64,000 bases of DNA from Lepidodermella squamata (lineage: Eukaryota > Animalia > Gastrotricha). The stretch is taken from positions 372,001 to 436,000 of the forward strand of contig JBLDXI010000048.1 in the NCBI GenBank assembly GCA_047495785.1, read 5' to 3'. Of the stretch, positions 14,232 through 28,500 are shown piece after piece. How positions within the stretch are numbered: position 1 is the stretch's first letter; every line of letters begins with the position of its first letter. The notes under the pieces were generated by a model that had not been told where the DNA came from, ran no database searches, and saw only the letters and a list, made by a program, of their open reading frames with translations. A program made the position numbers and the translations under genes.

Positions 14232-17200
14232 ATGAGTTTATTTCCGGCCTATTCCGGGCTAAGTAAACCCGATGAGACTCGAATTGAACAATTTGATGCG
14301 ACTGCAGTTGGAAATTCTGGTCAAACAGCAATAGATTGGCTGAAAAATGACAGTTTCACCATTCCAGTCCCGAAGAAAGAAGTTGTAGCCATCTCTTCAG
14401 ATTCAGAGTCCAGCATTGGCGTGGAGGAAGTGATTGATCTGGCCGATTCAGATGAAGAAATTCCGCGAAAGCTACTCAAGCGAGACGAGGCTGAAGTTCA
14501 AGCGAAAAATGCTGGAATTTCGGGTCAAAAAGCTCCACTAGGCGCGTTATTCCTTGAAGATATATCGATTGCTAGTCTGAAATCAGCGGATAAACCTGTT
14601 CCATTTCGAATCGACCGTGCTTCGAATCACTCATTAGTCAAATATGGATCGATTTTCGACGGCCACTTATCGCGATATTACAATATATCACCTCAATTTG
14701 CGCTGTCAAATTCGAAAAAGGGCGAGTTGATGTACCGTAAAAAAGAGCAAATTCTGGCGAAAAATGACAAGAAAAAAGCGCAAAAGGCGAAGGAGAAGCG
14801 GTATTTCGACCGAAATCAACTGCGAAAATTGATGAAAATTCAAGACGTGACGGCTCGAATTCGAAAATCGCCAATATCGATTTTGGACCTGCCTCCTGTG
14901 TTGAGATTACGGCCAATTCACGACGATTTGCCGACGAAAACTTCGACTGAAAACCTCGATTTACCGTACGATGAGTTGAAAAAGGCGTCGATTCGTCAGA
15001 AAACTGAAGATTTCAACAAAAGACTAGGCTTCGAACCCCAAAATGTTCAGCTATGGCTTGATTTCGTCGATTTTCAGAACGATTTGTCAAAATTTGGCGA
15101 TCAAATGACTGAATCGGCGTTGCAAGAGAAAAAGCTGGCAATTTTAGACCGCGCTTTGTCGCAAAATCCGGGAAATGTGCGGTTGCTGGTTGAAAAAATT
15201 AAATTGAAGGGAAATTCAATGGCTAATCAAGACGCCGTGGCTGAGGAGTGGCGGAATATCGCTTTCGTTCATCCGAACAATGCGGATGTGTGGTGGGAAT
15301 GCATTATGGCGCATTGCCGGCGGTTTGCTGGTTTCTCGTTCGATAAGCTAATGATGACTTTCTCGAGGTGTCTAAGTACGATTTCAAATATTTTGGATGG
15401 CACAATCAAATCGCATAAAGCTGGGCCAAATCTGGAGGAACAAATGATATGTAAGTCATTCAATTGAATTTTGAAAAAATCAACGCGGTTTCGCAAAATT
15501 TAAAAGTTTATGTAAAATGTAAACTTTCGATGAATTTTAACAAATTAGCCCACAATTTTTAATTTTCCGGCTTAAATTATTTATTTCTTACGAAGATTGA
15601 GGTTAATCCGCGCGTTTTTCTTGAATTTTAGACATTTTTGTCGCTCTGGTCTACATGTTGCGAGAAGCTGGTTTCACAGAACGAGCCGTCCTGCTGTTCC
15701 AGTGCCAAATCGAACTGACCTATTTCGCACCCCAGCCTGTTCAATCGATGCCTAGAACTCAAGCTATCGACGAGTTGGAGCTGTATTTCAGCTCAAATGC
15801 CTCGCTGTTCGGCCTTCGAAACGCCTGCGGCTGGTCGAAATGGAACCCAGCACTCATAAACGACCCGAAAGACCGAACTGAAAACCAAAATTTCGTATCA
15901 AATCTTGAGATGGAAGACGAAATCGATCGATTAGTTATCGAAAAATCGCCCCAGGGTAGTTCAAGGTCGATGATTTGGGCGTATCTTGAAGAGTCTCGAA
16001 CAGCTCGCCGAATTCTACCGCTACCTGAAAATTCGCCTCATACCGACGATCCGGAACGGCAGGTGGTTTTCGACGATATTTCGCGATTCCTGATCAAAAT
16101 CGCCGCGCCCGAGAATAAATATCGAATTTTGCTGCTGTTTTTCGAATTCTTCGGCCTGGATATTGCGAACCCGTTGGATACATATCTGAAAAATGACGCG
16201 TTTTCAACAAGTTTCACGTGCCGATCGATGAATTTTGACTCAGATTCGAGGCCGAAGTTGGTCCAATATGATCGTGGCTTATTTCGAGAAATCGTCAACA
16301 ATTCATTCAACCAAATCGCCGGAATTTTGAACGAACCATTTCGAACTCATTTGATTTGTTGCTACGTGAAAAATGAGATAAAATCATGTGTATCAGAGGA
16401 AACTCCCAGCAATTTCGACTTGAGGTCGAAACGCGTGAAAAATCTCATTCGCGACGTGTTGAAAGAGCCGGCTAATCGCAATAATCTCGCAATTTGGGCG
16501 TTATGCAGCGAGGCCGAGTTGAAATTGGGCAAAAACTTGAATTCCGCCCTAAAAATGGCTGAAACGGCGATTTCAATGTCGCATCAATTGAAGCTGTACG
16601 CAAGTTGGGGCGCCCTCTGCCATTTGGCGAGTCAAACTGCGTATTTCACGTTCATGAAATCTGCGCCTGAGCCTGGTTGTATCGAAGTTTCGCGCGTTGT
16701 GGACGATGCGAATGTGGACGATCCAGGGGCGACTCGGTCGGTTTTGAAGCTGTTGGCGTCGTGTTTGCTGCGAAGAGCTATCAGCGGTGATATTGGCGAT
16801 GTTGATCAAGTAAGTTGCACACCTATTTATTTTAGTTGAAAGATGAAAGGAGAAAGGAGGCTTTTAAAAATCATAATCGAACGAAAAGGAAATTGAAACA
16901 TTAGAGATCAGAAGTTGAAAATGTAACCATGATGACATTACCTTGTGAGTAGCCTTTGGCTTTTGTCAAAAATTTCGCCAATCCCCACTTTTCACTTATT
17001 TTCGGTCAAATAGAAACAAGTTACTTGTTACACTAGGTTAATGCTTCAGAAGAAAACGGTTCTCGGCGCCAAACGGCCTGTTACCGTGACCTGGTCGTCT
17101 AAAATTGTCAAAAAAAGTTGAGAAATATTTTTATTTTTATGCGTGTGACCACTAATTTAATTTTATTCAAAATTCATTCTTCTATCCCTTAACCTCTTAG

Positions 17201-18082
17201 GTCAAAGCTGAAGTTGACCAGCAACTGGTGCCATTTTTGAAATTCTCGAACATCCCGGGCAACGATGACCAGCAGCCAGAACAACACCTAATGCCGGTGC
17301 AGCCGCTGATTTGCCAAGTCGCCGAATGCTACGCCCTATTCACGTACCTCGTATCTCGTTTGAGAAACGAAAACTCCCTGCCAAGTGCCGATTTAGTCCT
17401 AACATCCTTACTGAATCAAGTCGATGTTGTAGCGAAGTCGAAATCTTCGCTGAATCCTTACTCGACGGTGCGGAGATTTTTGGAACAAGTCACGCTACGT
17501 CTTCACTGGTCGCGCATTTCAATCGCAAATTTCGACTATCGAACGAGCATAAAATCGATAACTCACCTGAGAGAGATCGTTCTGATTGCTTTGAACGATT
17601 TCCCGTCTAACCCGGCGTTTTTACAAGGCCTAATCGCTATCCGAGAGCCGGCGTTCATGTCGTCGAGTTTCGTCAAATTCACGCGATCTATGTCGCATAA
17701 AATCAACCAACCCAGCGCTTGGCTAGCGATTTTAACGGCTTTAATCGCTAAAATAGACCCAAGCTCGATTGGTTGTGCTGAAAATATGATTCGGTCTTAC
17801 TTCGAAAAATCGCTAGTTTCACCCAATTCGCTGAGAAGTTGCGTTATCTGGGCGTTTTACATCGCATTCGAGTCGAAAATCGGGTCGAAAAAGCTGGAAA
17901 ATGTGCTGTTTCGAGCGTTGCAAGCTTGCCCCTGGGCTAAAGAGATGTATATGGCACTGGCGAGGACGCAGACCAGTCAAGCGAAACTGCAGGACGCCGT
18001 TGATATGGTTGTTGAAAAGGGCTTGAGACTGTGTACTCTGGTCGATGAACTGGACACGTTTCCCGGTGTGCCAAACTGGTGA
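14232..18082 (+). CDS. NRDE2: Nuclear exosome regulator NRDE2
   Basis: Exons 14232-15450, 15632-16809, 17201-18082. Motifs MSLFPAY, DWLKNDSF, P.NVQLWLDFVDFQ, EKKLAILDRAL, EAGFTERA, DDPERQVVFDDI, RALQACPWAK and EKGLRL. Confidence 0.92.
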
Positions 18083-18469
18083 AAAAGTTGCTAACAAAGT
18101 GATACTAAAACGATTCATCATTGGAATGCGATGTTTTCTAGCCAAAAAGCTTCAAAAAATCCAAGTATTCCCTAATTTTCAACCCATTCAACCCTTGGGT
18201 TAAAATAAATTTTAAAATCAAATTAAATTTTGAATAATGCACAGAATTCCACCGAATTTCCTAATTTGTGGAGAAATTGAGAAAAATGTGATTTTTCTAA
18301 GCTTTTTCGCTAGAAATTCGCAAATTTTTACACCTCATTTTATACCTTTAAAAAAATATTTAAAAAATTAATTGCTCAATTTCTTTTGAATTTATCTATT
18401 TATTTTCCAATAGAATTTTAATCTTAATTGTTGTGATTGATATTTGTTGATTTTTCAATCGATCGAATT

Positions 18470-21400
18470 ATGAGTGAAATTGGAATAATTCGCGAGAATG
18501 ATTTCGTCCTCATCGAATGCAACAACATCCACGTATTTCTGGATCGCGTCTACTCGAGTCGTAAAATCAAAATCCACCACGCGAAATTCAGTGCCGCAAA
18601 AGTTGTCGGCCTGCGATTCGGCACGCTGCTAGAAGTTGTCGATAGTGAAATTCACGAAATTAAGGAGCAACACTTTCACAATCTCGCATTTCACGGTATG
18701 GATGGCGAGGATGAAACGACCTCGGCCAACAACCCCTGCGAAATTGCGGGCGATAATCGAAATTTAATTGAAAATCCTGAAAATCAAAAATTGACTGAAG
18801 ACGAAATTAAAGAGCTGAAACGGACTGGGTTTAAAGGTTCTGAGGTCGTGTCGCGATTGGTTGAAAATTCTTCGACCTTCAAAGAAAAAACAGTTTTTTC
18901 AAAGGAAAAATATTTGAAGCGGAAACACAAGAAACACCGAATTATCATTCGATTGCTCAAGCCATCTGTGAGAAATTTGATGGATTGGATGGCCCAGAGG
19001 GGCAAGCAGCGAATCGGTGGGCTGAGTTCTGACATTCTAGCCGGAATTATGTGCCATGGCAATGTTTCTCACGGCGGTCGGTTCATTGTTTTCGACAACT
19101 GCGGCGGCCTGGTGCTGCTGTCTATGGTCAGTCGAATGGCTGGAGGCGGGCAGATTTTCGATCTTCACACGTCAACGCAGCCGACGCGTGAGGTGTTTCG
19201 CAAAATTTTCGACGCGATTCAGTTACCAGAGTCGGATTACGGCATTATCGAGTCGTTTCCGATGCAGTACAGCGAGAGTGTGGCTCAGACTGAGTTTTTG
19301 GACCTGCCCTGCGTGCCTGGGGATGACAGTTCGGGCGTGATTGTTGGCAAAAATGACAGTCCGACGGAGGTTGCGGAGAAGTTGGAGCGAAGAAAAGCGC
19401 GGTTTGAGAAACTGAAATCGCTCTGGACCGTTTTGAAAGAAGGCAATTTTGACGGGTGAGTGAAAATTTTCCGGATTATATTATAGCTAACTATCAATCA
19501 ATTATTATCCTGAGCTTAGAATTTGAAATTTATTCGAAATTATAATTTTTCGTCGTAATCCTGAGCCTCTTTAAAACATTTCTGATAGTTTTTCGGTTGT
19601 AAATTCTCGATTAGAAGGCAGAACGACTAGAACGATTGGAAGCTTTTTGAACATGGCCGATATTAGTTGTTACATAAACTAATTAAGTTGCATAAAGTAC
19701 AGTCACAATACTTGCAAAAGCTGAATTTCGGTATGAATTCCATATACCGTGCCGAGTAGTTGGAACATTCGGCGAACAACTCGGGAAACGTCGGAATTGA
19801 GCGATTTCTCGACAGTATCCGAGCCAGTATCCGACAGGAAAAGAGCTCATTCCTCACCAGGCGAAGTAAATAGAATTGAAAGAACAGTAAATTGAACTAA
19901 TGAGTAATGGAGTTACCGTGTTGAAAGAAGGAAATTTTGACGGGTGAGTGAAAATTTTCCGGATTGTATTATAGCTAACTATCAACCACTATCCTGCGCT
20001 TAGAGTTCTCAATTTATGCGAAATGCTAATTTTTCGTCGTAATTCTTGACCTCTTCAAAACTTTTCAGATAGATATAATGACCTCATTTAGGGTTAGGCC
20101 TTTACTATTACAGTGCCCACGCCACTGACCTGACATTATTTTCGGGCAGTACGGTAATTTAAAGGAACAGAAAGTATAAGGGGTCGGAAAAGTTCCAAAT
20201 GCCATGAGTTTCGCAATTTAAATTGCCTCAGAGATCCTGTATTGTATAAAAAAAAACGCAGAGAAATTTGTCAAAACCGGTAATTATTGCCCGTGGAAAC
20301 GATCTTCTTCCATCCAAGCTCTGATGCAAATTTAAACAGGGTGACCGATTCGTGGTCCGCTTTGCGAGTTTTATATAGCTCCACGATATCGTTTGTCTTC
20401 GTCAACGAAACACGATTCTTCGTCTTTGCGATTCTGCTGTTCGTTATCAGCCGTGTCATTGAGACGCAGATTCTTCTTGAATACACGAGCCACCTGACGT
20501 TTTTCAGCCGGTTACAAGTTAATTTCACACAAATTTTGCGCAAAGGCAACCCGATCAGATGATGCATCACTTCTTGTGCCGAGTAGTCGCGGTCGCCGAC
20601 GAATTTTCGGAACATTCGGCGAACAACTCGGGAAACGTCGGAATTGAGCGATTTCTCGACAGCCAGTATCTGGTCGAATAGTAGACATAATTTCTCCCTT
20701 CGAAACGTAACCAACGAGATAGCGAATGATTCCGTTGATGTCGAAGATGGGATAAGGGTATGAATTGCCGCGCCCCGCGAACGATATCAAGGGGTTCTAA
20801 TTGTTGGTCAAGCTGTCGTTTCTTCGAGGTTCAAATTGCCACCGACAGCGCTTATTTTCATACTTGCGAAGAGTCTCAAAACTCGCGGAAAATTGAAACG
20901 GCAAATTAAAGGTTAAAAAATATATAAAAAACTTACTGGACTTACTGTAACTGAACTTACTGTAACTGAACTGAACTGAACTGTACTGAACTTACTGTAA
21001 GAAGTGAATGGACGATGACGATACGCCTAGTCAGTCGCGGTCGATAGTCGATCATTCACTGGATGAGAATGATGAGATGTTCGGGATTTCTTCTTGGAAC
21101 CTTCGTTATCGTCGTCGCTTGATTCAAACGCGGTTCGTTTGGCCTGGGTAAGGGCTTTGATAGCAAGTCTGAAAGGCTGGCCTTCTGATGTAAACCTAGT
21201 AGGTTCAGCCGCCTCATGAGAATCACGTGATCTGAAACCGTTGTCATATATTGACCTGGCGACTCGTAGCAAGTGCTCTACGCCGTATGGGGGGTAAATA
21301 AATAAAATAGGACAGAATACGCTGGCTGTAGCATTTTCTGCCGGCGTGGTCCTTGCCAAGCTTGGAAATATTCGGCGATTGTTTTCGAAATCGGGGCCAG

Positions 21401-22169
21401 GCTTCGAATCATCAAAGACAAGTAAGGAATTATCATATGAAAAGCTAATGGCCTCTAATGGCATCAGCCATTCGCTCATCCGTAGGGAGGCGTTTGGACT
21501 TGGACTCCTGCGTCACATTTCGAACTTAACGCCGTCGCAACGAAGAACTAATTAAGGTTCATTTTCAGAATTTTGGGCCTCAGGGCGATATTTTTTCAAT
21601 GTATTCTGAATACAAGCTGATCAGCTCATCATCAAGAGTGACGTAGCGAAAGCACTCATGGAGTTATGCTATTAGAGATATTTGAGATCTTTGAAGCCTA
21701 TAAGAAATTATCGAGCGGCAATCAATCTTCTGTGAGAAGTACGGACCAACTTTTCCTGGATACTTATTCGATTTGCACTTCGAAATGATCGAACCATAAA
21801 TCCACGTTGAACATATTGATAATCACTGAAAATTAGTGTTATTATTATTTAGTAAAATCGATTAATTCTGTTTCTTCGCCCAAAGTTAGGCTGATAATCG
21901 CGACAAGAAACAACCCGCTACCCGTGCTGCAAGCCTATTTCGACTGCGTCGCCCACAGCCGGCCTATCGTTGTGTTCCATCAGAGCCGCGAGCTGCTCGC
22001 GCCCTGTTTCACGTGGCTAGTCAACACGGGCCGATGCGTTATGGCCTCGATGGTTTCGAATCTGTGCCGCGAAATGCAGGTCCTACCCGGCCGTACTCAC
22101 CCTGTGATAATGATGCCCGGGCCTTCGGGTTACATTCTATACGGCACTAAGGCCGAGCGTCATAAATAA
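18470..22169 (+). CDS. TRMT6: tRNA m1A58 methyltransferase non-catalytic subunit
   Basis: Exons 18470-19455 and 21890-22169 (GG|G junction). Motifs DNRNL..NQKLT..EI, LVENS.TF.EKT.FSKEKYLKRK.KK and MQVLPGRTHP..GYIL.G. Confidence 0.92.
19427..20072 (+). repeat. Diverged direct duplication of about 160 bp (19427-19588 and 19915-20072) spanning the TRMT6 exon-1 end and 5' splice site
   Basis: Both copies read TTGAAAGAAGG(C/A)AATTTTGACGG|GTGAGTGAAAATTTTCCGGATT..ATAGCTAACTATCAA..TTTTCGTCGTAAT. Confidence 0.9.
20271..20880 (-). mobile_element. Decayed Helitron-type Rep/helicase fragment in the TRMT6 intron
   Basis: Frameshifted translation DSLTNN*NPLI..GN..PIF..IIRYLVGYVSKGE..RKFVGDRDYSAQEVMHHLIGLPL matches the conserved post-Rep region of Helitron proteins. 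A partial second copy lies at about 19749-19815. Confidence 0.75.
20933..21000. repeat. Short tandem array of ACTGTA/ACTGA/ACTT units next to the Helitron fragment
   Basis: TTACTGTAACTGAACTTACTGTAACTGAACTGAACTGAACTGTACTGAACTTACTGTAA. Confidence 0.8.
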
Positions 22170-22537
22170 AATCAAAGAGTTGTGTAGAGAAAATATGCCT
22201 CGAGAAAATTGATAGTCATTTCTAAATGCGAGAAAATGGCTTGAAAAATGATAGAAAATGACCAAAATCTCTTTAAAATTTTCATAAAATAAAAATTTCG
22301 AAATTCTGTAATTTGGAAATAAATTGTCAATTTTGAAGGGAAATTTCATTTTTCAGCCATTATTATTGCAAACCGTCTCAAATAATTCCATCAAAAATAT
22401 GAAGAAAAAAATGAAAAAATCCATTTGAATTTGATAGCCTAATTTTAAATTAATTTTTTCTTCTTTGTATAGATGGTCGGGTAATTTTTTTACGTATTTG
22501 TTATAATTTATTTGTGACCTATCATCGCTCTTCGCCA

Positions 22538-25500
22538 ATGTCGTTCCCATTCGAAATCGACCCTCAATCGCCGTTTGTCGAGCGGTACCGCGGCACGTTG
22601 CAACCGGCTATATTCGAGCTACTCGACCGCCTTCAATCACAGGGTGTTTCATCGAAACTGCTCCTCGACTACGGCGCGGCTGCTTTCATCGAACTTGTGC
22701 TATTCGATTTCATTCTCAAAGTGTGCGGCCGCGTGAAACCGGCCAGTGCCGATGATTTATCGTCGTATATTGTGCTAAATTTTCCCGATCCGCTTCGCAT
22801 GCGATATGCTGAGTCGGTTATCGAGCTGTTCTCAACCGCGACGAGTTCCAGCACTAATTCCAGTGCGACTACGTTTTTCAGCCGCAAAATCAGTCTATCT
22901 TCGTCCTCGAGTTCGAGTAGTGCGAATTCGGCCCTGGTGCTACCGGTTGATAAAATTCAGCGAATGTTAGCCAAAGACGTACTGCCGCCGCGGGTTAATC
23001 GGCCAGTTGCTGAATTTCTAGCCGCACTGCTACAGGTTTGCTGACATTTTTTCAGAAATATTACAACAGGGAAATTGAGAAACCATCAAAGATTCAGCCT
23101 ATTCAAGAATTTGGTCGAGACCTAGCAAATCGGAAGGAAGACCCAAAAATAATTTGGTTTCAATTGCTATAGAGAGAAGTTAATAGTACTAGTATTATGA
23201 TATTTACAGCTCGAGGTTTGCGACTTGAGAAAGTTGGACATATAAATAATTTGAATCAAAACATGACAAATTGAGGCGTTTTTACAGCCACGAGTCTCCG
23301 TTAATTGGTACTGTTAGCGACGTTTCGAGCCCATCTTCAGGCTAAACGGGGTATCTACAGTAACAAAAGCATGGTGAAAATTTAGTTGAGCCGTGAGCTC
23401 ATGCAAAGAAGCGCTATAAGCTTGAGAAATTCTATAGCCGTTACCTGATAATGCCGGCCCTTTCTGATGAATCTGATAAAAACACAAAGCTCATTTTCAA
23501 TTGCCACTTTCTTCTTCTATATCTCTCCGATATTCTCAATCCGTTAATTCGTTAGAGGCGTCGAGCCACCCCACACCCCACCCCCGCGTGTTGTACGCCG
23601 TGCCATCGGCTTCAGGCAGCTTTGTACCAGCTTCGGGCAGCTTTGGAAAGCGCACGATAATGGGTGTTATTAAGTTTTCTATGGCGGTCGACGCCGTCGA
23701 GCTGACAGCAGTGGTGTTCAGAAGTTGCCCCAGTTCCACAGCGTTGTCGTTGCCACCCTGGCGATGTGGTATGCACCGGTAGCAGCAGCAGTGAAGGCAG
23801 CACCGGAAAGCAAGCCGGCTAAAAATTGCTCCATATAAATTAACAATAAAGCCTATTCAAATAAGGAATGGAAATATTAGCCATGTTATTAATAAGGTGC
23901 CTGCCAGAATGATGGGTGATTTTTTCAACACTGAAGAGGAAAATTTCCAAACGATGAACAAAAATGATAAGACTGAAGTTATTAGGCCCAGGCAGCCTCC
24001 TGGTTTGCGATCAATGGGCCGAGAAAAATAAGCACCAGGGCGGCAACAGTCATGACCAAATTCTGTAACGAGAGTTGAGCGTGATGGTTGCAAACTGCCA
24101 TATAGCTATGACAACTGAACGATTCTCAAGAGTTTCTTTGATTTCTAGGGTTAACAAATTGTTGAACAAAACATGGGACGAAATGTTCAGCAAATCGGGA
24201 CTGTCATTTTAAGGCTCCACTGCACAGTCGAGTTTTTAGGTTACAGTCGTTGTTGACAGCATCTGTACTACGCGTTTCGTAGCTCCGGCTTCCGTTAGTT
24301 GGATCGTAGTGGGCACGTTTGTGCTCGCGCGATCGGACGTTACGCCAAGATTGGACACAATCTGCGGCGACGGCGTACTGACTGTTATGCTATAGCGATA
24401 ACAGACATCGAAATTATTTAGCGCTGCTTCAAAAGGGTCCATTGCGATGACTTGTGATCCATTAAAAACATCCAGTGTTCGAGCCGACAGGTAGTATAGA
24501 TCCTCGATAAATTGGGTTGTAAAGTTCGCGCATCTTTCGGCTATAATACGATCATCGGTGAGATCAGGCTTGTTCACTGTAATTGTCATTAGCGGCCGAA
24601 AAACCACCTTAAAATTATAAATTCAAGTTTCTCCATCGACGTCACGTCGATTCAGTAGAAGTTCCGGACACACAACACTTTGATAATTAGATGGCAGTAT
24701 CAGAGATCAGCCAGAGAAGCATTTTCCACGTGTAGAGGCCGATATATAGATCGGTTAAAAAGTCGGTTAAAATTAACAGCGTATCGATCTCTACGACAAA
24801 GAAGACGTTTTGTCGCACACCAGACGGCTAAGCCAGTAGCGTTTTATTAGTGTGCCGCCGAAATACATGCGCAAAAACAGAGTGGTAGGAAATAGGAAAT
24901 AGGAATATCAAAATTCAGAATTAGTTGATTAATTTTCTACCGAGTCCACAATGCAATCCTGATGAAACTCAGTGAAATGTTGAATATGAATAAATTGCTG
25001 TATACTGCTTATTTTTCGTTGCAAACAAAAGCAACGAAAGCAACGCAACTAAAAGAACTAAGGACATGATCATTCGAGCAAAACTACCATCCTCTTTCAG
25101 CCGGAGACTTGTTTAAAGGAGTCTTTAAAGAGGGCCGCGTCTCCTGTCTGAATTTCTGGGCTGCGTTGAGACAAGCAAAGCCGATATCCTGGTCAGCCAA
25201 TGAATAGAACAGACTAGACCGATTACTTCACCGTCGAAAACGCGGCATTAGTAAATGCAAATGAGAAGAGCGATTTTTGAGTCATGACAATGAAATTTGT
25301 TTGTAACATTTTTGGCACAACTTATTACACCTGAACAAACGCTGGCCCGAGCAACCTAAGTGTAGAAGGTTCTGAGAGTAAACGCTAGGAAAGATATTAA
25401 GATATTAAGATAAGATATTAAGAAAGATAAGTGTTAACCTGTCTAACCGCAGGGTTACTTGGAATGAGATCGGATCTGATTTACATCGAATTTATTTTTG

Positions 25501-28500
25501 TTAACCAACAAAAACAGCGCATTTTTCAAAATTCGGCTTCAACCGCAACACATTACACAACTTTGATTTTAATATTTTAATTTTTAATATCTAGGTAATT
25601 GTCTCGGATATTTTGGTATTCGCGCGGCGATACGTTATCGAACTCGCCGTTGAGGTGATTGGCGAATCTGAGGTAAAAACGGCGATATCAGCCGATCGGT
25701 GTTTCCTGTCTATTTTCGCGAGTGCCGACAGCGCGGCGTTGATTCAAGGCAAATCACGATCGCAGTCGGAAGATGACACGTCGCCGGAGAATTTGCTGTT
25801 GAACGAGGACAACTCATCCGTGGTATCAATACCGACGATTGGCCCGAGCACGCTATGCGACACGATTTCTATGGTCACAGTGACTCCGGGACAAGGTTTG
25901 AAAATAATCATTAATTAGTTGCGTTTTTAATCTGAAAATTGAATTTTCATTTGAATCCTAAATTCTAGCGAGAGAATATAATCAACTCTATTTGAACCAT
26001 TTCGGTTCATTTTATCTGCTGGACTTTAGTAAAGCATGAGAGAATACTTCGGAAAGTGTTGTAGACTGATAGTACACACAGCAGAGCTGATGAAAAGCGC
26101 AGAATATAATAGATCCGGATTTATATTCGATCCCGGGAACTCCTGACCGGGGAGACCGAGCCGGAGACCCTAATCTGGTGCTTTCTTGAGGTGTTACGTT
26201 CATAGAAGAATCTGAGCTAAGGAGCCACTACTAGCCTGATTGAATCACTCGTTACGAGCGGAAACGATGGACGACGCGAACCGTCTACCATGCCCGGATA
26301 GTATCACGTCAAACTCACTTACACGATAACCACTTTTATCACGGAACGTTTGATAAATTGAGAATTGTAATGATCAAACGCGGAGTAATTATAAAGCCAA
26401 GTCGCGACGGGTCAAGTCATTTTCAGGTGCGTCTTCGGCAAGAACCCAATGTGAGATTGGCAATAATTGGATTCATGCGAAAATAACTGACATTTAAACG
26501 CAATGAAAAAAGTTTCGGCATATTGACCATCGACCATCCTGGTCATTAAAATCAACGATCCTGGTCAACGATGGCAAAGCGTTGGCCAGATCTCGATCAA
26601 TGATTTGCTCAGCTTTTGAAATTCGGCCAACTTGGTGCTTTCAACCAGACTTTTGTTGAACATATTCCAGAGTGTGAGAAAAAGCTTTTCAACCGTTTTT
26701 AGATATGAAAAATACGCTTTAGGGTGTAAACACCGAATCCTTGAATCCTTGAAAATAGGTAGAATTGACTTTTTAATTCTGCTTGTTAATATTTATTCCT
26801 TACCTTTGCTTACGGAAAGAGTTTTCGCGTTCACGGCGAAATTATGATTTACGAGATCTAACAAGAGAGGAAAACTGTTGACCACTTCGATAAATTTGGT
26901 TTTATTGAATTTTGAGATCAACGTTTTTTTGAGATTGAAAATCCGGATTCTCCATAATGTTCCTTATTTTATTTTTTAGGTCAATGTCAATCGTATGAAC
27001 CGCAGTTGGACTACGCTGAACAAGTCCGCCGGCTGTACACGGAAGAAAACACGAACGTGCGCGATCTTCACACAACAATCCGGCTGTTCAAACAGCCAAT
27101 CAGCGTCATCGCAAATGACCCGAAATCGATCGAAGCAATATTCGGCAACATCGACGAAGTGCTAGCCGCAGCCGATACCGTGCTATCGACCCTTGAAGAC
27201 ACGATCGAAGCCGCTGAAGAGTCGAATACGCCGCTGATAGGCGAAGCCCTGCTCGAGCTTGCGGGCGAGGCTGTTCTAGACGCGTATCGAACCTATGCCG
27301 AGACAGTGCTATCGCCAGCCTCGCTGAATTTACTCTTGAGTTTTCTGGCTAAATCCGAAAATTACCAGCGATTAGAAGTTGGGTCGAATTTCAGCAACCG
27401 AATTCGAAATTACGCGGATTGTTGCCGGTATGTGCTGCCGAAGCTGCTCATACGGCCGTTGCAGCATGTTTGGCAGTTTTTCGACCATTTGGAGAAATTG
27501 AGTTCAGAAGAGCCGGCGGAGGGTGTTCAAAACACGCCGGAAGATCGAAATCTCCTGCATCAAGCTATTTCAGTGCTACACCCACTTCGGGCTAGGCTCA
27601 ATCCTTACCAGAAAATTTTGCAGCGACCCCGCAAAAAAACGAGGCAAGAAGCGTTGGAAGAAGTTGCGAAATTGGGTAAGCAGCTGGAATCGTGGAGCAG
27701 GGACAAGCCGTTGGAGAATTGTTGTACGGAGCTCGTGCATGAGGGTCCGGTTTTCAAGCACCATGCCGATAGGTCGCGACGCCCGCCGTCTGAGCGCTAT
27801 GTGCTGCTGTTTGATACGTTGCTGCTGTTGTGTAAACGCTCGCCGGTTACGGGTGGGTCTGGGTCGATTTCGCGCTCGGGCATCGCGCGGCTTAGTTCAA
27901 TTTCCGGAGCTTCGGCTACGCCGGCCAATCTGGGTTATACATACAAGGTAAGAGAATACATTTGGTCTATTTCACTTGCTCGTGGGAAACAGCGTTTTTG
28001 TTGGAAAATTCCGGTTTTATTTTTAGCGCATAACGAAAAGTGTTAAAATTATTTCAGCTGGTGGATAAGGACCGAAAGAAGTCAATTATCGAATTTATAA
28101 ATTGCTGAAAATTGAAGGGATTATTTTTTAGAATATTTCTCTTTGCTGTAACGGCAATCGCATGCCTAACAAATCTGAAGTGTCAACTGGAAATTTTCGC
28201 TTGAAAGATAAAGCGCGTTGAAAGAAACATCCGTATCATTTTTCAGGTGAAAGGCATTGATAGGAAGTTGAGAGTATTGTTAGAATGTATCAACGCAGGT
28301 TTTAGCATTCGCAGTGATGCCAATCGCATGACTGTCGCGTTGGATTCTTCGTAATCCTTTCCTTTTTCCCTTTCCTGATTGTTCCCGAGCACTACTAGCC
28401 GAATTTTATATCGGTCAACTTTTCCTTCGAGGTCGAATTTCTTCGTGCAAATAATTCGCTTCAGGCAGATCGGGCATTTTCCTTAGATAACGTACGAAAT

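Noticed and set aside
25390-25432. AAGATATT short tandem repeat
   Set aside because: Simple slippage repeat with no spacers; not CRISPR-like.
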